Below the pieces are notes generated by a model, which made no database searches, was not told where the DNA came from, and worked only from the letters and a program-made list of their open reading frames with translations. This document shows positions 41,437 through 52,537 of a stretch of DNA of 64,000 nt, in pieces. The stretch comes from an uncultured Nitrososphaerales archaeon. GTDB taxonomy: Archaea > Thermoproteota > Nitrososphaeria > Nitrososphaerales > Nitrososphaeraceae. The position numbers were made by a program, and so were the translations under genes. The DNA lies in NCBI GenBank assembly GCA_963695855.1, contig CAVOHZ010000010.1, forward strand, positions 160,001-224,000, given 5' to 3'. Each line of letters begins with the position of its first letter. Positions within the stretch are counted from its first letter, which is position 1.

Positions 41437-42909
41437 TTGATCCTACTTATTTTGTCTGTCTACATGTTGAGAGAAAATTGTGGAGTTGTTGGCGCGTTCT
41501 CTCTTGACCAACACAATGTCATTCCAATTATAATTGATTGTTTGAGATCATTACAGCATAGAGGACAAGAAGCCTGGGGAATAGCTATACCAAAAAAGGA
41601 ACCGTTTAAACAACTAGGTCTGGTTTCAAGCTATGCTGACCATTTTAATAATGTCGTTAGAAAATATGCATCTCATGCTGCAATAGGTCATGTAAGATAT
41701 TCTACCTTTGGTAAAAGCAGTATTGAAAATGCACAACCTTTGAAAGTAAAAGATCTGTGTGTTGCTCATAATGGAACTATAGCAAATGTTGAGGAACTTT
41801 CAAACATGGTGGGAGGGTGTACGTTTACACCTCAAACAATGAGTGATACATTAGTTGCTGCCAAGCGACTTGTTGAACACCTCTCGAATAAAATGAACTT
41901 ATTTGAATCAATCAAGATCTTGAAACAAGAAATGATAGGTTCATTCTGTTTTACTTTTTTGACAGATAAAGGTGATGTATACGCTGCAAGGGACACAAAA
42001 GGATTTAGACCTATGGTCCTAGGTTACCACAAAGAAACCAAAACATACATAGTGGCATCAGAATCATGTGCGTTTTCTGCAGTGGGAGCATTTCTTGTTA
42101 GAGATGTAGAACCCGGGGAGTTGATTAAATTAAGTTTTGATGGATTAGAAACTCAGATCTTTTCTTCTGAAAAACCCCATGCACATTGTGCGTTTGAATA
42201 TACATATTTCGCCCATCCGTCTAGCATAATGGAAGGTATCAACATCTATGCAGCAAGAAAGAGAATTGGACACTATCTAGGTAAGAAATTTCCTGTACAA
42301 TCTGCTGACGTAGTGATTCCTGTTCCAGATTCTGCCAGACCTGCAGCCCTCGGTTATGCACAAGAAACAGGATTACCATTTGAAGAAGGATTAGTAAAAG
42401 ATAGACATTCGAGTAAGGGAGTTCTACGTAGTTTTATCGAACCATATCAAGCGGACCGTGTAGAAATTAATGAAGGAATTTTACCAATCGAAGATATAAT
42501 AAAAGGTAAAAATGTTGTCGTTATTGATGACAGCATTATTAGAGGCACCAGCTCAGCAGCTATAATTCAGACCTTAAGAAGCGCAGGGGCAAAAAAGATT
42601 ATAATGATAATAACATATCCTCCTGTTAGGTATCCTTGTTATGCTGGTATTGATTTTCCTTCTATGGAAGAGCTTTTAGCTAATCATAAATTTGACGATA
42701 GGCCAAATGAGAAAAAAATAGATTTGAACATAAAAATCGCAAAGTTAATCGATGCGGACAAGGTATTTTATAACGATACTTCCAATCTTGCAAAAGCAAT
42801 AGGAATTCCAGAAAGAGAATTGTGTTTTACCTGTTCTACTGGAGACTACACATCTTTAGGAATAAAGCCAAAATTTAGATCCAGAGAAGAAGTGAAGGGA
42901 GAAGACTAG
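41437..42909 (+). CDS. purF: Amidophosphoribosyltransferase
   Basis: ENCGV, LQHRGQE, GHVRYST, HNG, DDSIIRG. Confidence 0.96.
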   Translation: MILLILSVYMLRENCGVVGAFSLDQHNVIPIIIDCLRSLQHRGQEAWGIAIPKKEPFKQLGLVSSYADHFNNVVRKYASHAAIGHVRYSTFGKSSIENAQPLKVKDLCVAHNGTIANVEELSNMVGGCTFTPQTMSDTLVAAKRLVEHLSNKMNLFESIKILKQEMIGSFCFTFLTDKGDVYAARDTKGFRPMVLGYHKETKTYIVASESCAFSAVGAFLVRDVEPGELIKLSFDGLETQIFSSEKPHAHCAFEYTYFAHPSSIMEGINIYAARKRIGHYLGKKFPVQSADVVIPVPDSARPAALGYAQETGLPFEEGLVKDRHSSKGVLRSFIEPYQADRVEINEGILPIEDIIKGKNVVVIDDSIIRGTSSAAIIQTLRSAGAKKIIMIITYPPVRYPCYAGIDFPSMEELLANHKFDDRPNEKKIDLNIKIAKLIDADKVFYNDTSNLAKAIGIPERELCFTCSTGDYTSLGIKPKFRSREEVKGED

Positions 42910-43195
42910 GATTTCTTATAAAAAAATGTTACGCCCACCGGTCAATAAATCCGAACAAAACCGCTTAAAAATTACTGCTCCGTCTAACCGTGTTTAGACG
43001 TATCTCTTTATACATAAATAGAAAAAGGTTATTTCCCAGACAATTTGTTAATAATCAATTTGAATTAGAAAACCAGATGTATGAAAAATAGTTCCTGTAC
43101 AATTATAAAAATAATTGATGAGATTTTTTTTCGAATTTAATCCTACAAATGATTTAAAAGAAATTTATATCTTTAAGAAATTTATTTCTTCCTGA

Positions 43196-43900
43196 TTGGA
43201 TGCAATTAAAGTCTTTGCAATAGATATTGATGGTACTTTGACCGAAAATGGTGAAGGAATGTTACACTTACCTGCAATTCAAAATTTCAGAACTCTAGAG
43301 AAATTAGGGTACAAAATAGTATATGTGACGGGACGTTCCTCAGTCGAAGCATTAGTGTTAGCTGTTTTTGGAGGCACTACTAGAGTTGCAGTCGGAGAGA
43401 ACGGTGGAGTAGTTACCACTGGTCCGACCGAACATATAATATTAGGAAATAAAGAGGAATGTGTAAGAGGTTATAATATTCTTAAAAAATCTCTAAATGG
43501 GGTAAGAATGAAAAGAGTATTTAATAGACTCTCAGAAGTGGTCTTGGAAAGATCTTTTGATCTTAAAACTGCCCAAAAGGTTTTTGATCAGAATAATCTT
43601 GATCTTAATTTAATAGATAGTAAATTTGCTTTTCACATCAACAGTAAAAATGTAAACAAGGCATATGGATTCAGAATAGCATTACAAATAATGAATGTCA
43701 AACCTTCGGAAACCATAGCTATCGGAGATAGTGAAACAGACATTCCGTTATTTGACTACTGCGGTTATAGTATAGCTCTTAACCACTCAGACGACTATGT
43801 TAAATCAAAGGCAGATTATGTAGTTAAGGGCTATAGTGGCGCTGGCCTGGTTGAAGCATTGGATCATATTGCATTAAAATTTCTTGGTGAGATAAAATAA
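43196..43900 (+). CDS. Phosphoglycolate phosphatase-like HAD IIB hydrolase
   Basis: DIDGTLT, VTGR, ENGG, GDSETD. Confidence 0.88.
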   Translation: MDAIKVFAIDIDGTLTENGEGMLHLPAIQNFRTLEKLGYKIVYVTGRSSVEALVLAVFGGTTRVAVGENGGVVTTGPTEHIILGNKEECVRGYNILKKSLNGVRMKRVFNRLSEVVLERSFDLKTAQKVFDQNNLDLNLIDSKFAFHINSKNVNKAYGFRIALQIMNVKPSETIAIGDSETDIPLFDYCGYSIALNHSDDYVKSKADYVVKGYSGAGLVEALDHIALKFLGEIK

Positions 43901-45934
43901 ATGACATTTTCAAAAGTTATTGAGGAAATTAAAAATTTGTTATCGTTATCATTTTCGGAATTGAATTATCCGCCTATTGAATATGACGTTACAGAACCTC
44001 CATTAAAGGAATTTGGGGATTTAACATCTAACATAGCTTTTTTGCTTGGAAAGAAATTAAAAAGAAAACCTAGCTCTATAGCATATGAGATTGTTGAAAA
44101 AGTATTACTTCCAAGAATCGATACTAATAGTAACGACAGGAGATCTCTTGTTCTTTCTGTACAAGCGCATATTGCAGGACATATAAATTTTAAAATTAAT
44201 TACGAGTTATTCAGCAAGTTCCTACTAGAGATATTAGATGAAGAAAAAGTGCAATTTTTAAATGTAGGTAAAGGACAAAGAATTACTATAGAACACACAA
44301 GTGTCAATCCAAATAAGGCTATTCATATTGGACACTTGAGAAATATGGTTATTGGCGACACTCTTTACAGGATTTTTAAATCTACCAATCATCATGTTAC
44401 AGTCCTCAACTATATCGATGATTCAGGTGTGCAGTTTGCAGATATTATTGTCGCTTTTCGATTTGGAGGATTTGAAATTGATCCTCCAGATAAAAATATC
44501 AAATTTGATCACTATTGCGGAGACATATATGTAAAGATGAATGAAATCTATCAGAATAATCCGAATCTAGTAGAGAAAAGAACATGGATAATCAAAGAAA
44601 TTGAAAAAGGAAATAATGAGATATCTACGTTTACATGGAATATTGTGAAGAAAGTTATCTTAGAACAGTTAAAAACATGTTGGAGAATGAAAGCAAGATA
44701 TGATATCTTAAACATAGAATCACAGATATTAGTTTCTGGATTATGGGAACAAACTTTTAATTTGTTGAAAGAAAGAGAAATAATTAGATATATCAGAGAG
44801 GGAAGAAATAAAGACTGCTGGGTAATTCAGCCAGAAAATGAAGAAGAAAAAGTTATAGTTAGAAGTGATGGTACTGCTACTTATATTGCCAAAGATATCC
44901 CTTATGCTACTTGGAAGTTGGGTCTAGTCATAGACCCGTTTGTATATACGGTATTTGCCGAACAATGGGATGGAACTAAATTATTCAAGACCGACATTCT
45001 AGACCACATAAACAATTTTCATGATAACAGCGAATTAAATGAAAAAAAAGACAACGATGACGACAAGACCAATAACAATAAAAAAAATAGTAAAAATGGT
45101 AATATAATAGGAATAGAGGAGGACCATCAAATTTTTTCTCAATTACCTAACAAGGTAATTACACTAATAGACTCAAGACAAGCACGTTTACAAAACATTA
45201 TTTCTCAGATAATTCGAAAGCTAGACACAAATTCTCAAAGATATTACTATTTAGGATATGAAACAGTTGCTTTAAGCCATCAAACGGTTGAAGAGATGGG
45301 CATACAAACGCAAAATAAAGACAAACGTATAATTCACATGTCAGGAAGAAAAGGAATTTTCGTAAATGCAGACAACATCATCGATGAATTGAGTAAAAAA
45401 GCGTTCGTAGAAATAAAGTCTAGAAATTCACATTTGATTGATTCTGACATTGAAGTTATTGCTGAAGGGATAGCAGTATCAGCGTTAAGATATAGTTTAA
45501 TTAAACAGGACCTAGAAAAAATGATTACTTTTGACATCAAAGATGCGCTAAATCTTGATGGAGATACGTCCCTGTACTTACAGTATTCATATGCCAGAGC
45601 TATTAGAATTATAGAAAAAGCAGAAAATATTGAAAAAGAGGAGGAGGTAAAATTACATTTGTTAAATCAAGATATCGAGAAAGAATTGATAAAGGATATC
45701 CTCAAATATGAGATGATGGTTGGAGATGCTCTTAGAACCCTTAGTCCCAAAGTTATCGCACGGTATTCCAACAGAATAGCTACAAAGTTCAACATATTCT
45801 ATGAAAGTATTCCTGTACTCAATGAACAAAACAAAGAAATCATGATCGCGAGACTGACATTGGTAAATTCATTTGCTATTGTATTGAAAGCACTATTTTT
45901 ACTATTAGGTATCGAACCATTCAAAAGAATATAG
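43901..45934 (+). CDS. argS: Arginine--tRNA ligase
   Basis: EHTSVNPNKAIHIGHLRN, RSDGTATY, MSGRKG, YLQYSYAR. Confidence 0.96.
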   Translation: MTFSKVIEEIKNLLSLSFSELNYPPIEYDVTEPPLKEFGDLTSNIAFLLGKKLKRKPSSIAYEIVEKVLLPRIDTNSNDRRSLVLSVQAHIAGHINFKINYELFSKFLLEILDEEKVQFLNVGKGQRITIEHTSVNPNKAIHIGHLRNMVIGDTLYRIFKSTNHHVTVLNYIDDSGVQFADIIVAFRFGGFEIDPPDKNIKFDHYCGDIYVKMNEIYQNNPNLVEKRTWIIKEIEKGNNEISTFTWNIVKKVILEQLKTCWRMKARYDILNIESQILVSGLWEQTFNLLKEREIIRYIREGRNKDCWVIQPENEEEKVIVRSDGTATYIAKDIPYATWKLGLVIDPFVYTVFAEQWDGTKLFKTDILDHINNFHDNSELNEKKDNDDDKTNNNKKNSKNGNIIGIEEDHQIFSQLPNKVITLIDSRQARLQNIISQIIRKLDTNSQRYYYLGYETVALSHQTVEEMGIQTQNKDKRIIHMSGRKGIFVNADNIIDELSKKAFVEIKSRNSHLIDSDIEVIAEGIAVSALRYSLIKQDLEKMITFDIKDALNLDGDTSLYLQYSYARAIRIIEKAENIEKEEEVKLHLLNQDIEKELIKDILKYEMMVGDALRTLSPKVIARYSNRIATKFNIFYESIPVLNEQNKEIMIARLTLVNSFAIVLKALFLLLGIEPFKRI

Positions 45935-46013
45935 AAAATCAAACAAATTATTAGTCGCTAGAAATTTATCATTTATAACAAATATTAATTGAAAAAAAAG
46001 ATCATAGAAAAAT

Positions 46014-46826
46014 ATGAAGATAACAGAAGGAAGTTACGTTCTACTATTCCATAGTCCGAGAAAAAAATGGTTAGTAAAAGCAGAACAAGATAAAAAGATG
46101 CATACCCATCTTGGAATAATAGATCTGTCTTTAATATTGGGGATGGAGTATGGAGCGACCGTAATGACGAGTTTAGAAAAAAAGATCTATTTGATAGAGC
46201 CAACTATTCATGACTTTGTTATGAAATCTGAGAGAAATACTCAGATAGTTTATCCCAAAGACCTTGGTTTCATTGCCATAAGAACAGGAATCCAGAATGG
46301 TTCCAAAGTATTAGAGATTGGAACAGGGAGTGGGGCTTTAACTACTTTTCTTGCTAGCATAGTTAAACCAAATGGCCATATATTTACCTACGATGTCAAC
46401 CCTGAATTTATGAAAATTGCCAAGAAAAACATGATCAAATCAAAAATCGATGGATTTGTAACAATGCATCAATACGATGTCCATGAGGGTCTTGATTTAA
46501 CAGATATGGATGTCGCAATTGTAGATCTGGGAGATCCTTGGACACTAGTAGAAGAGGTATACAAAGCATTGAAAGGGAGTGGGGCTTTTCTAGCAATATG
46601 TCCTACTATGAATCAAGCTGAAAAGACAGCTATTGCTTTAAAAGAAAATAATTTTACAGACATAGAATGTGTAGAGATCTTAATTAGAAATATAGAGGCA
46701 AGAGAAGGGATGTCAAGACCATCTATGAGAATGATAGGTCATACGACATATCTGATATTTGCAAGAAAGATCTTTCCGATGGTTAAGCCAGATAACATAT
46801 TGAAATTGAATGAAAAACGAGAATGA
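46014..46826 (+). CDS. trmI: tRNA m1A57/58 methyltransferase
   Basis: TQIVYPKD, EIGTGSGALT, DLGDPW, HTTYL. Confidence 0.93.
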   Translation: MKITEGSYVLLFHSPRKKWLVKAEQDKKMHTHLGIIDLSLILGMEYGATVMTSLEKKIYLIEPTIHDFVMKSERNTQIVYPKDLGFIAIRTGIQNGSKVLEIGTGSGALTTFLASIVKPNGHIFTYDVNPEFMKIAKKNMIKSKIDGFVTMHQYDVHEGLDLTDMDVAIVDLGDPWTLVEEVYKALKGSGAFLAICPTMNQAEKTAIALKENNFTDIECVEILIRNIEAREGMSRPSMRMIGHTTYLIFARKIFPMVKPDNILKLNEKRE

Positions 46827-46909
46827 CAGTTAAATAACAATATTTTCAGAAGATAAGTTTTGTAATTATTATTATATTGTTTTCCGATCAAAAAAAGAAG
46901 TGAATCAGG

Positions 46910-47383
46910 CTATTTTTCCATTGGACCCATCATGCCCATTTGACCAGGCATTGATTTCAAACCAGAATGGACCTTGTGCATGAATTCCTCTATTGTCATC
47001 TGGCTAGTTTCCAATATCTGTCCATGTCCCGCGTCAGTTACTACCTTTGTAACGTGATTATTTTCATCTATAACATACGTAATGTAAACTAGGTATCCAT
47101 TTACTGGATGAATAAATGAGGCTATTGCAGATGATTTTTCACCGACATACTGTTGTGCAGTAGATGTAGCATTAGATAGAGTGACATGGATAAGAGGGTC
47201 AAAAGCATTTCTGATTACTGATACTATATCTATAGAACCTGTCCAATTTGCTTGTGGAGTACTAGTCATATTGTTCATTGGTTGGCCATTTGCATTAGAG
47301 ACTATGCTGCTACCAGCTGCTAAGAATGAGATGGCAACAATAGAAGCCATCATTAAGATTCCTAAATTCCTTTTGCGTTGCAT
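46910..47383 (-). CDS. Secreted PepSY-like protein
   Basis: Signal peptide; NGYLVY..VVTDAGHGQIL; Met-rich tail. Confidence 0.7.
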   Translation of the reverse strand: MQRKRNLGILMMASIVAISFLAAGSSIVSNANGQPMNNMTSTPQANWTGSIDIVSVIRNAFDPLIHVTLSNATSTAQQYVGEKSSAIASFIHPVNGYLVYITYVIDENNHVTKVVTDAGHGQILETSQMTIEEFMHKVHSGLKSMPGQMGMMGPMEK

Positions 47384-47532
47384 AATTAAATATTAGAAAA
47401 CTTTACTAAAAAATATTTCTAAAGGTTTAATAAATAAGATGATGACGGATATACTTTTGTAAAAAAGTCATACGATGCGGAATAAAAATAAAAAATACAA
47501 AAAAAGAAAGATATCTTTATAGAAATAAGAAA

Positions 47533-48036
47533 TTAGGATTCCAGAAAAGATCTGAGCATCCAAGCCATCTTTTCATGTTCTTCCATTATTCCGGTCAAGA
47601 AATCTGTAGTTCCTGCGTCACCAAGTTTATCACAAGTTTCTAAATCTTTTCTCAGTTGTCGTACAATAGTTTCATGATCATTTAACAAATTTTCAAGCAT
47701 TCTGTCTGCACTGGTAAAAATATTTGGATATTCAGCGGGATTTTCTTTTAATCTAGTTATTTGTAAAAATTCTGTCATAGTTGCTATAGTTTTTCCCCCG
47801 ATCGATCTCACTCTCTCCGCTACTTCATCTACAATTTCAGATATTTGACCATATTGTTCGTCAAAAAATTTGTGTAGATCGTTAAATCGTGGATCGACTA
47901 CATTCCAATGATAATTCTTTGTCTTGGTTAATAGCAAATATTCATCGGCTAGAATAGCATTCAATATCCCAATTATCTTTTCAACTGATCCATCATCTAG
48001 TCCTATCTTGATTTTTTTAGAAATAATATCACTCAT
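47533..48036 (-). CDS. dps: Dps / DNA starvation protection protein
   Basis: KNYHWNV, LHKFFDEQY, DEVAER, HEKMAWML; likely start at 48036. Confidence 0.93.
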   Translation of the reverse strand: MSDIISKKIKIGLDDGSVEKIIGILNAILADEYLLLTKTKNYHWNVVDPRFNDLHKFFDEQYGQISEIVDEVAERVRSIGGKTIATMTEFLQITRLKENPAEYPNIFTSADRMLENLLNDHETIVRQLRKDLETCDKLGDAGTTDFLTGIMEEHEKMAWMLRSFLES

Positions 48037-48114
48037 AATTATAAAAAAGGTCAGACCACTAATAAGCATTTGTTAAAAGTTAAATATCCTTATTGTATCA
48101 AGGCTCTAACATTA

Positions 48115-49188
48115 TTATGGAATAAGACTTAGAGAAATCAGTGTTCTCCATGATCTATTTTCAAAAACACGAGGATTTAGCCCTCTGATATTTACCTTAT
48201 GAGACATTCTTTTTGATAAATATAGGCCTAATGAACCTAATAGTCTCCACAATCGACTGTTTGGATTTGATAGAAATGAATTCAATGCCAATTTTATAAT
48301 AGAATATGTTGATCTATGATTTTCTGATACATAATCTAACAGTGAATCCTTTGAGGATGACAAAATGTAATGTGCATGTTCAAAAAGTTCTTTTTTGAGA
48401 GCATAATCACTTCTTTGAATTTTTACAGATCCCTTCAACATGCCTTCTAAAATTGAATCAAGGTTGTTTTCGGACTCAATAGTATTGATACAACGTCCAA
48501 GGGTGGAATCAATGTGAGAATCACTTCCCGCAACTGATATCATGTTTTTTTCTTCGGCAAATTTAGCAGCAGCGATATTAGAATAACTATCGATATTGTT
48601 ACTGTTAAAAGATTCGATCAGATCGCATTCCATTGCTTTCTCTCTTATTCCATTCGATACAGCAAAAGGGTGAGCTGCACATGAAACTCCGTTTTGTCTC
48701 TTTATTTCATCGAGAGTTTCATCTATTGTCATTCCTGGTTTTACTGTTTTATTAATTCCATAAGCTAAAATATGACCTTTTGTATCAACTGTAATCTCTT
48801 CTGCAGGATAAATAGTTAAGTTCTTATATTTTTTGTGGTTTTCTTTGTAATCGCATATTTGTTTGTAACCATTAAGGGTGTTGTGATTGGTAACAAACAA
48901 TATGTCTATATTCTTCTCATAAGCCAATTCTAGCTGCTTTTCCATAGTTACACCACAATCATATGGTATTCGAGTTGAACAGTTCATAAAATTAGAGAAA
49001 GTGTTATGACAATGTAATTCCATTCTTAATAACCGAGTCGTATCTAGTAACCAGTAATCCTTAAATGGAATCTCTAATATATCATTATCTGAACCCAATT
49101 TTTTAAATATTATTAATTTTTGATTATCAGAGATAGATTTTTCTGTATATTGAAATAGCACGATCGCTCGAAAATCAAGAATGTTCAA
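48115..49188 (-). CDS. PHP-domain metal-dependent phosphoesterase
   Basis: ELHCH, TNHN, EEIT, GH, AHP, GSDSH; start uncertain. Confidence 0.85.
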   Translation of the reverse strand: MNILDFRAIVLFQYTEKSISDNQKLIIFKKLGSDNDILEIPFKDYWLLDTTRLLRMELHCHNTFSNFMNCSTRIPYDCGVTMEKQLELAYEKNIDILFVTNHNTLNGYKQICDYKENHKKYKNLTIYPAEEITVDTKGHILAYGINKTVKPGMTIDETLDEIKRQNGVSCAAHPFAVSNGIREKAMECDLIESFNSNNIDSYSNIAAAKFAEEKNMISVAGSDSHIDSTLGRCINTIESENNLDSILEGMLKGSVKIQRSDYALKKELFEHAHYILSSSKDSLLDYVSENHRSTYSIIKLALNSFLSNPNSRLWRLLGSLGLYLSKRMSHKVNIRGLNPRVFENRSWRTLISLSLIP

Positions 49189-49769
49189 GGTTTGTAGGAA
49201 AATGCTATTGTATTTTTACTATTCTTCTTTCCAGTTTTATTAGATTTTTCTTAAATTATTATAAATAATATTTCTTCCTTTATTTTTTATATTAATTTTT
49301 TATTGTATCTTCTTTTGAGCAAACTGGTATCTCTATATAAATGATGTCTATATAAAATATAATTACATGTTTAATATTTACTTCTCAAATTTTGAGATTC
49401 TTCTTCGAATATCTTAAGTGTCTTTTAAGATAAACATATATTTGTTATTTGTCAATAGTGCTAACTTAGCTGCAATTTAAATTTATTTATTTTCTTTTCC
49501 ACATCAAATATAATAATTTTAATTTTTATAACAATATAACTTAAATTTGAAATCTGAGATTCTTATTAATTATCCTAGTTTTCCCTATTGTATTTTAGAT
49601 ATTTTCTGTGATTCCATAAATCTTGCCTTTAGTGGTTTTTTGTCTTATTATTTCATTTTTTTTAAATATATGTGTTAAATAAAAGCACATTTTGTTGAAG
49701 ATATGGCAATATATTATAAAATGGTATAAATAACTAGAAATATTGATAAACCGCTGAATTTTTATCTAT

Positions 49770-50807
49770 CTATACAGTATTTTTGGCTAGAAACTTTACT
49801 AGATCCACTAGTCTGCATGCAAAACTCCATTCGTTATCGTACCATGAAAGAATCTTGACGTATTTTCCCTTATTGTTTATTACCATTGTACTTAATCCAT
49901 CAACTATTGATGAATGACTATCTCCTATGATATCAGAGGAAACAATAGGTTCCTCTGTATAAGATAATATTTCCTTTAGATCCTCTTTAGATGCTTTCTT
50001 TAGCTCATTATTAATTTCATCTCTTGTGACTTCCTTTTTTAAGTTTAGAACCATATCAGATATAGAACCGTTATTGACTGGAACTCGTAATGCCAGTCCA
50101 TCAATTTTTCCTTCGAGTTCGGGAATTACTGTTCCTATTGCCCTAGCTGCTCCAGTAGTCGTAGGAATAATCGACATCATCGCAGATCGCGAACGCCGAA
50201 GGTCTTTATGATAAGAATCTAAAAGTCTTTGATCGTTAGTATAAGCATGAGTAGTTGTCATGTAACCATTTTCTATTCCAAATTTATCATTTATAACTTT
50301 GATCACTGGGGCTATACAATTTGTAGTACATGACGCCATCGAAATAATATTATGTTTTTGATTCTCATAAATTTGATTATTAACGCCCATAATTAGTGTC
50401 GCATCTGGATTTTTGGCAGGAGCCGAAATAATTACTTTTTTTGCGCCAGAGAGTAAATGCTTCTGCGCGTTCTCATTATCGTTGAACTTTCCGGTTGATT
50501 CCAAGACAAAAAAAATGTTTAAATCCTTCCATGGAAGCTTAGAGGGATCCCTTTCAGAAATAATATTTATCCTTTTTTCTTTATTTATTATCAAGATCTT
50601 TTCAGTTTCGTCTATTTCAATATCTCCTTCAAATTTACCAAATGTAGAATCATACTTGAAGAGATGAGATAGTTCCTTTAAATTTGTCAGATCGTTGATC
50701 GCCTTTACTTCAATGATATTGTTAAATTCTTTGTCAAGAAGAGATGATTTTAGAAAAGTACGTCCTATTCTTCCAAAACCATTGATAGCTAGGTTAAACT
50801 TTGCCAT
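49770..50807 (-). CDS. gap: Class I (bacterial-type) glyceraldehyde-3-phosphate dehydrogenase
   Basis: INGFGRIGR, ESTG, ASCTTNC, HAYTNDQ, PTTTGAA, WYDNE. Confidence 0.95.
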   Translation of the reverse strand: MAKFNLAINGFGRIGRTFLKSSLLDKEFNNIIEVKAINDLTNLKELSHLFKYDSTFGKFEGDIEIDETEKILIINKEKRINIISERDPSKLPWKDLNIFFVLESTGKFNDNENAQKHLLSGAKKVIISAPAKNPDATLIMGVNNQIYENQKHNIISMASCTTNCIAPVIKVINDKFGIENGYMTTTHAYTNDQRLLDSYHKDLRRSRSAMMSIIPTTTGAARAIGTVIPELEGKIDGLALRVPVNNGSISDMVLNLKKEVTRDEINNELKKASKEDLKEILSYTEEPIVSSDIIGDSHSSIVDGLSTMVINNKGKYVKILSWYDNEWSFACRLVDLVKFLAKNTV

Positions 50808-50897
50808 ATTATGATTACTAGTTTTTATTCTCTATTAAGGCATTTTCTAATTCAATCAATAAATATAATTTATTTACTAGATTATCACAAGAGCAGT

Positions 50898-51368
50898 ATG
50901 AATGAAAATAAAAGGTTTTCAAAAATTTTAGTTCCCATTGATGGTTCTGAACATTCATTTCATGCATCTCAAGTTGCCCTCAAGATAGCAGAAAAATTCA
51001 GTGCCAAAGTCATTTGTTTATATGTTATTGTATCTCCATCGCCGCAAGAATATGTCAACTTGACAGGACTTGTTACCCCAAAACAAATCGAAAGGATAAT
51101 TGATAACGCAAAGGAAGAATCCAGGGAGTGGTTTGAAAGGATCAGCAAATATGCAAAGGAAGACAAGGTACAAATTGAGATAACAACAGAAGTTATTTTG
51201 ACTGGTTTGGCTGCATATGGTGAAATAATCCAATTTGCTGAAAAGGAAAAAATAGATTTGATAGTTATTGGGACAAGAGGTACAACTGGATTTAAAAAGT
51301 TACTCTTGGGTAGTACTGCATCAGGAGTAGTAACTTATGCTCATTGTCCAGTCATGGTGGTAAAATAA
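50898..51368 (+). CDS. Universal stress protein
   Basis: ILVPIDGS, DLIVIGTRG..LLGS, HCPVMVV; likely start at 50898. Confidence 0.92.
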   Translation: MNENKRFSKILVPIDGSEHSFHASQVALKIAEKFSAKVICLYVIVSPSPQEYVNLTGLVTPKQIERIIDNAKEESREWFERISKYAKEDKVQIEITTEVILTGLAAYGEIIQFAEKEKIDLIVIGTRGTTGFKKLLLGSTASGVVTYAHCPVMVVK

Positions 51369-51847
51369 AGAATATTCCCTGCCTACATCCTCATTTCCAC
51401 ACTGACCTAGTTTTCACGTACCTTGGATTAGATTGTGCTGGTTGTAATTTTGTTTCGTCTACCGTTATAAATTAAGATAAATTTGTAAAGCTAATAACAA
51501 ATTCGCATTTTTTTTGTTGAATTATTTTGTTTGATGTTGATAAAAGATACCAGTTTGTTTTTTTGGAAACATATTCAACATATATATTTTTGTTATATAT
51601 GAGAATTATCAAAAAAAGATAATGATTTGTTTCCATTCAAATAATACAGGTATATTGACCATCAGTTTCCCTTTCAGATAGTGGCTTTGTTCCGTTCAAA
51701 TTTAGAATGAAAAGTAAAGCATCATTCTATAAGGATTCCCAGACGTATTTTTTTGGTTATTTGTGTATTAATAATGGTAAGTATTTCAATTAAATTCTTA
51801 AATTTAAAATAAAATGTAAAAGATAATAATAAATGTAAAAGATAATA

Positions 51848-52327
51848 ATGATAGCTTTACTAATCAAACATATGGATAAATTTACAAAAATACTAGCACC
51901 GATTGATGGGTCAGAACCTTCTATGCATGCTGCAAAATATGCCATATCGTTCGCAAAAAAATTTTCGTCCGAAATATATATCGTATCAGTAGTACCGTCT
52001 AAGATAAAATATGGAGATTCTTCTGGTTTTTTCGGCATGGTTCCTCCTAAATACTTTGACAATTATAAAAAGGAAGCTGAAATATGGTTTGATAAGGTAA
52101 AAAAAGGATTAGAAAATAGTGAAAGTAAAAATATAAAGATAAATACAGAAGTAATAACAAGTCCACTTTCTATCTCTGGCACTATTTTGCAATATGCCGA
52201 AAATTTGAACATCGATCTTATCGTCATGGGAACCAAAGGTAGAACAGGATTCAAAAAATTATTAATCGGAAGTACTGCACAAGAAATAATAACTTATGCA
52301 GATTGTGCAGTATTAGTGATTAGATAA
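51848..52327 (+). CDS. Universal stress protein
   Basis: ILAPIDGS, DLIVMGTKG..LIGS. Confidence 0.92.
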   Translation: MIALLIKHMDKFTKILAPIDGSEPSMHAAKYAISFAKKFSSEIYIVSVVPSKIKYGDSSGFFGMVPPKYFDNYKKEAEIWFDKVKKGLENSESKNIKINTEVITSPLSISGTILQYAENLNIDLIVMGTKGRTGFKKLLIGSTAQEIITYADCAVLVIR

Positions 52328-52537
52328 ACCCTTTTTAATTATTTTATTAATAGATTCAAAACTATCTACGAAAATAACAAAAGATAACTATCAATTCTTT
52401 TGAAGCATTTTTCATATAAATTAGAAGTGTCGATGTCTACTATAGTTGGTAGGATATTCACTATTATTTTCCATTATACAAATATCAAGAGATGACGGAT
52501 TAAATCATTATATGTGACAAAGTTAACAATTATCTAA

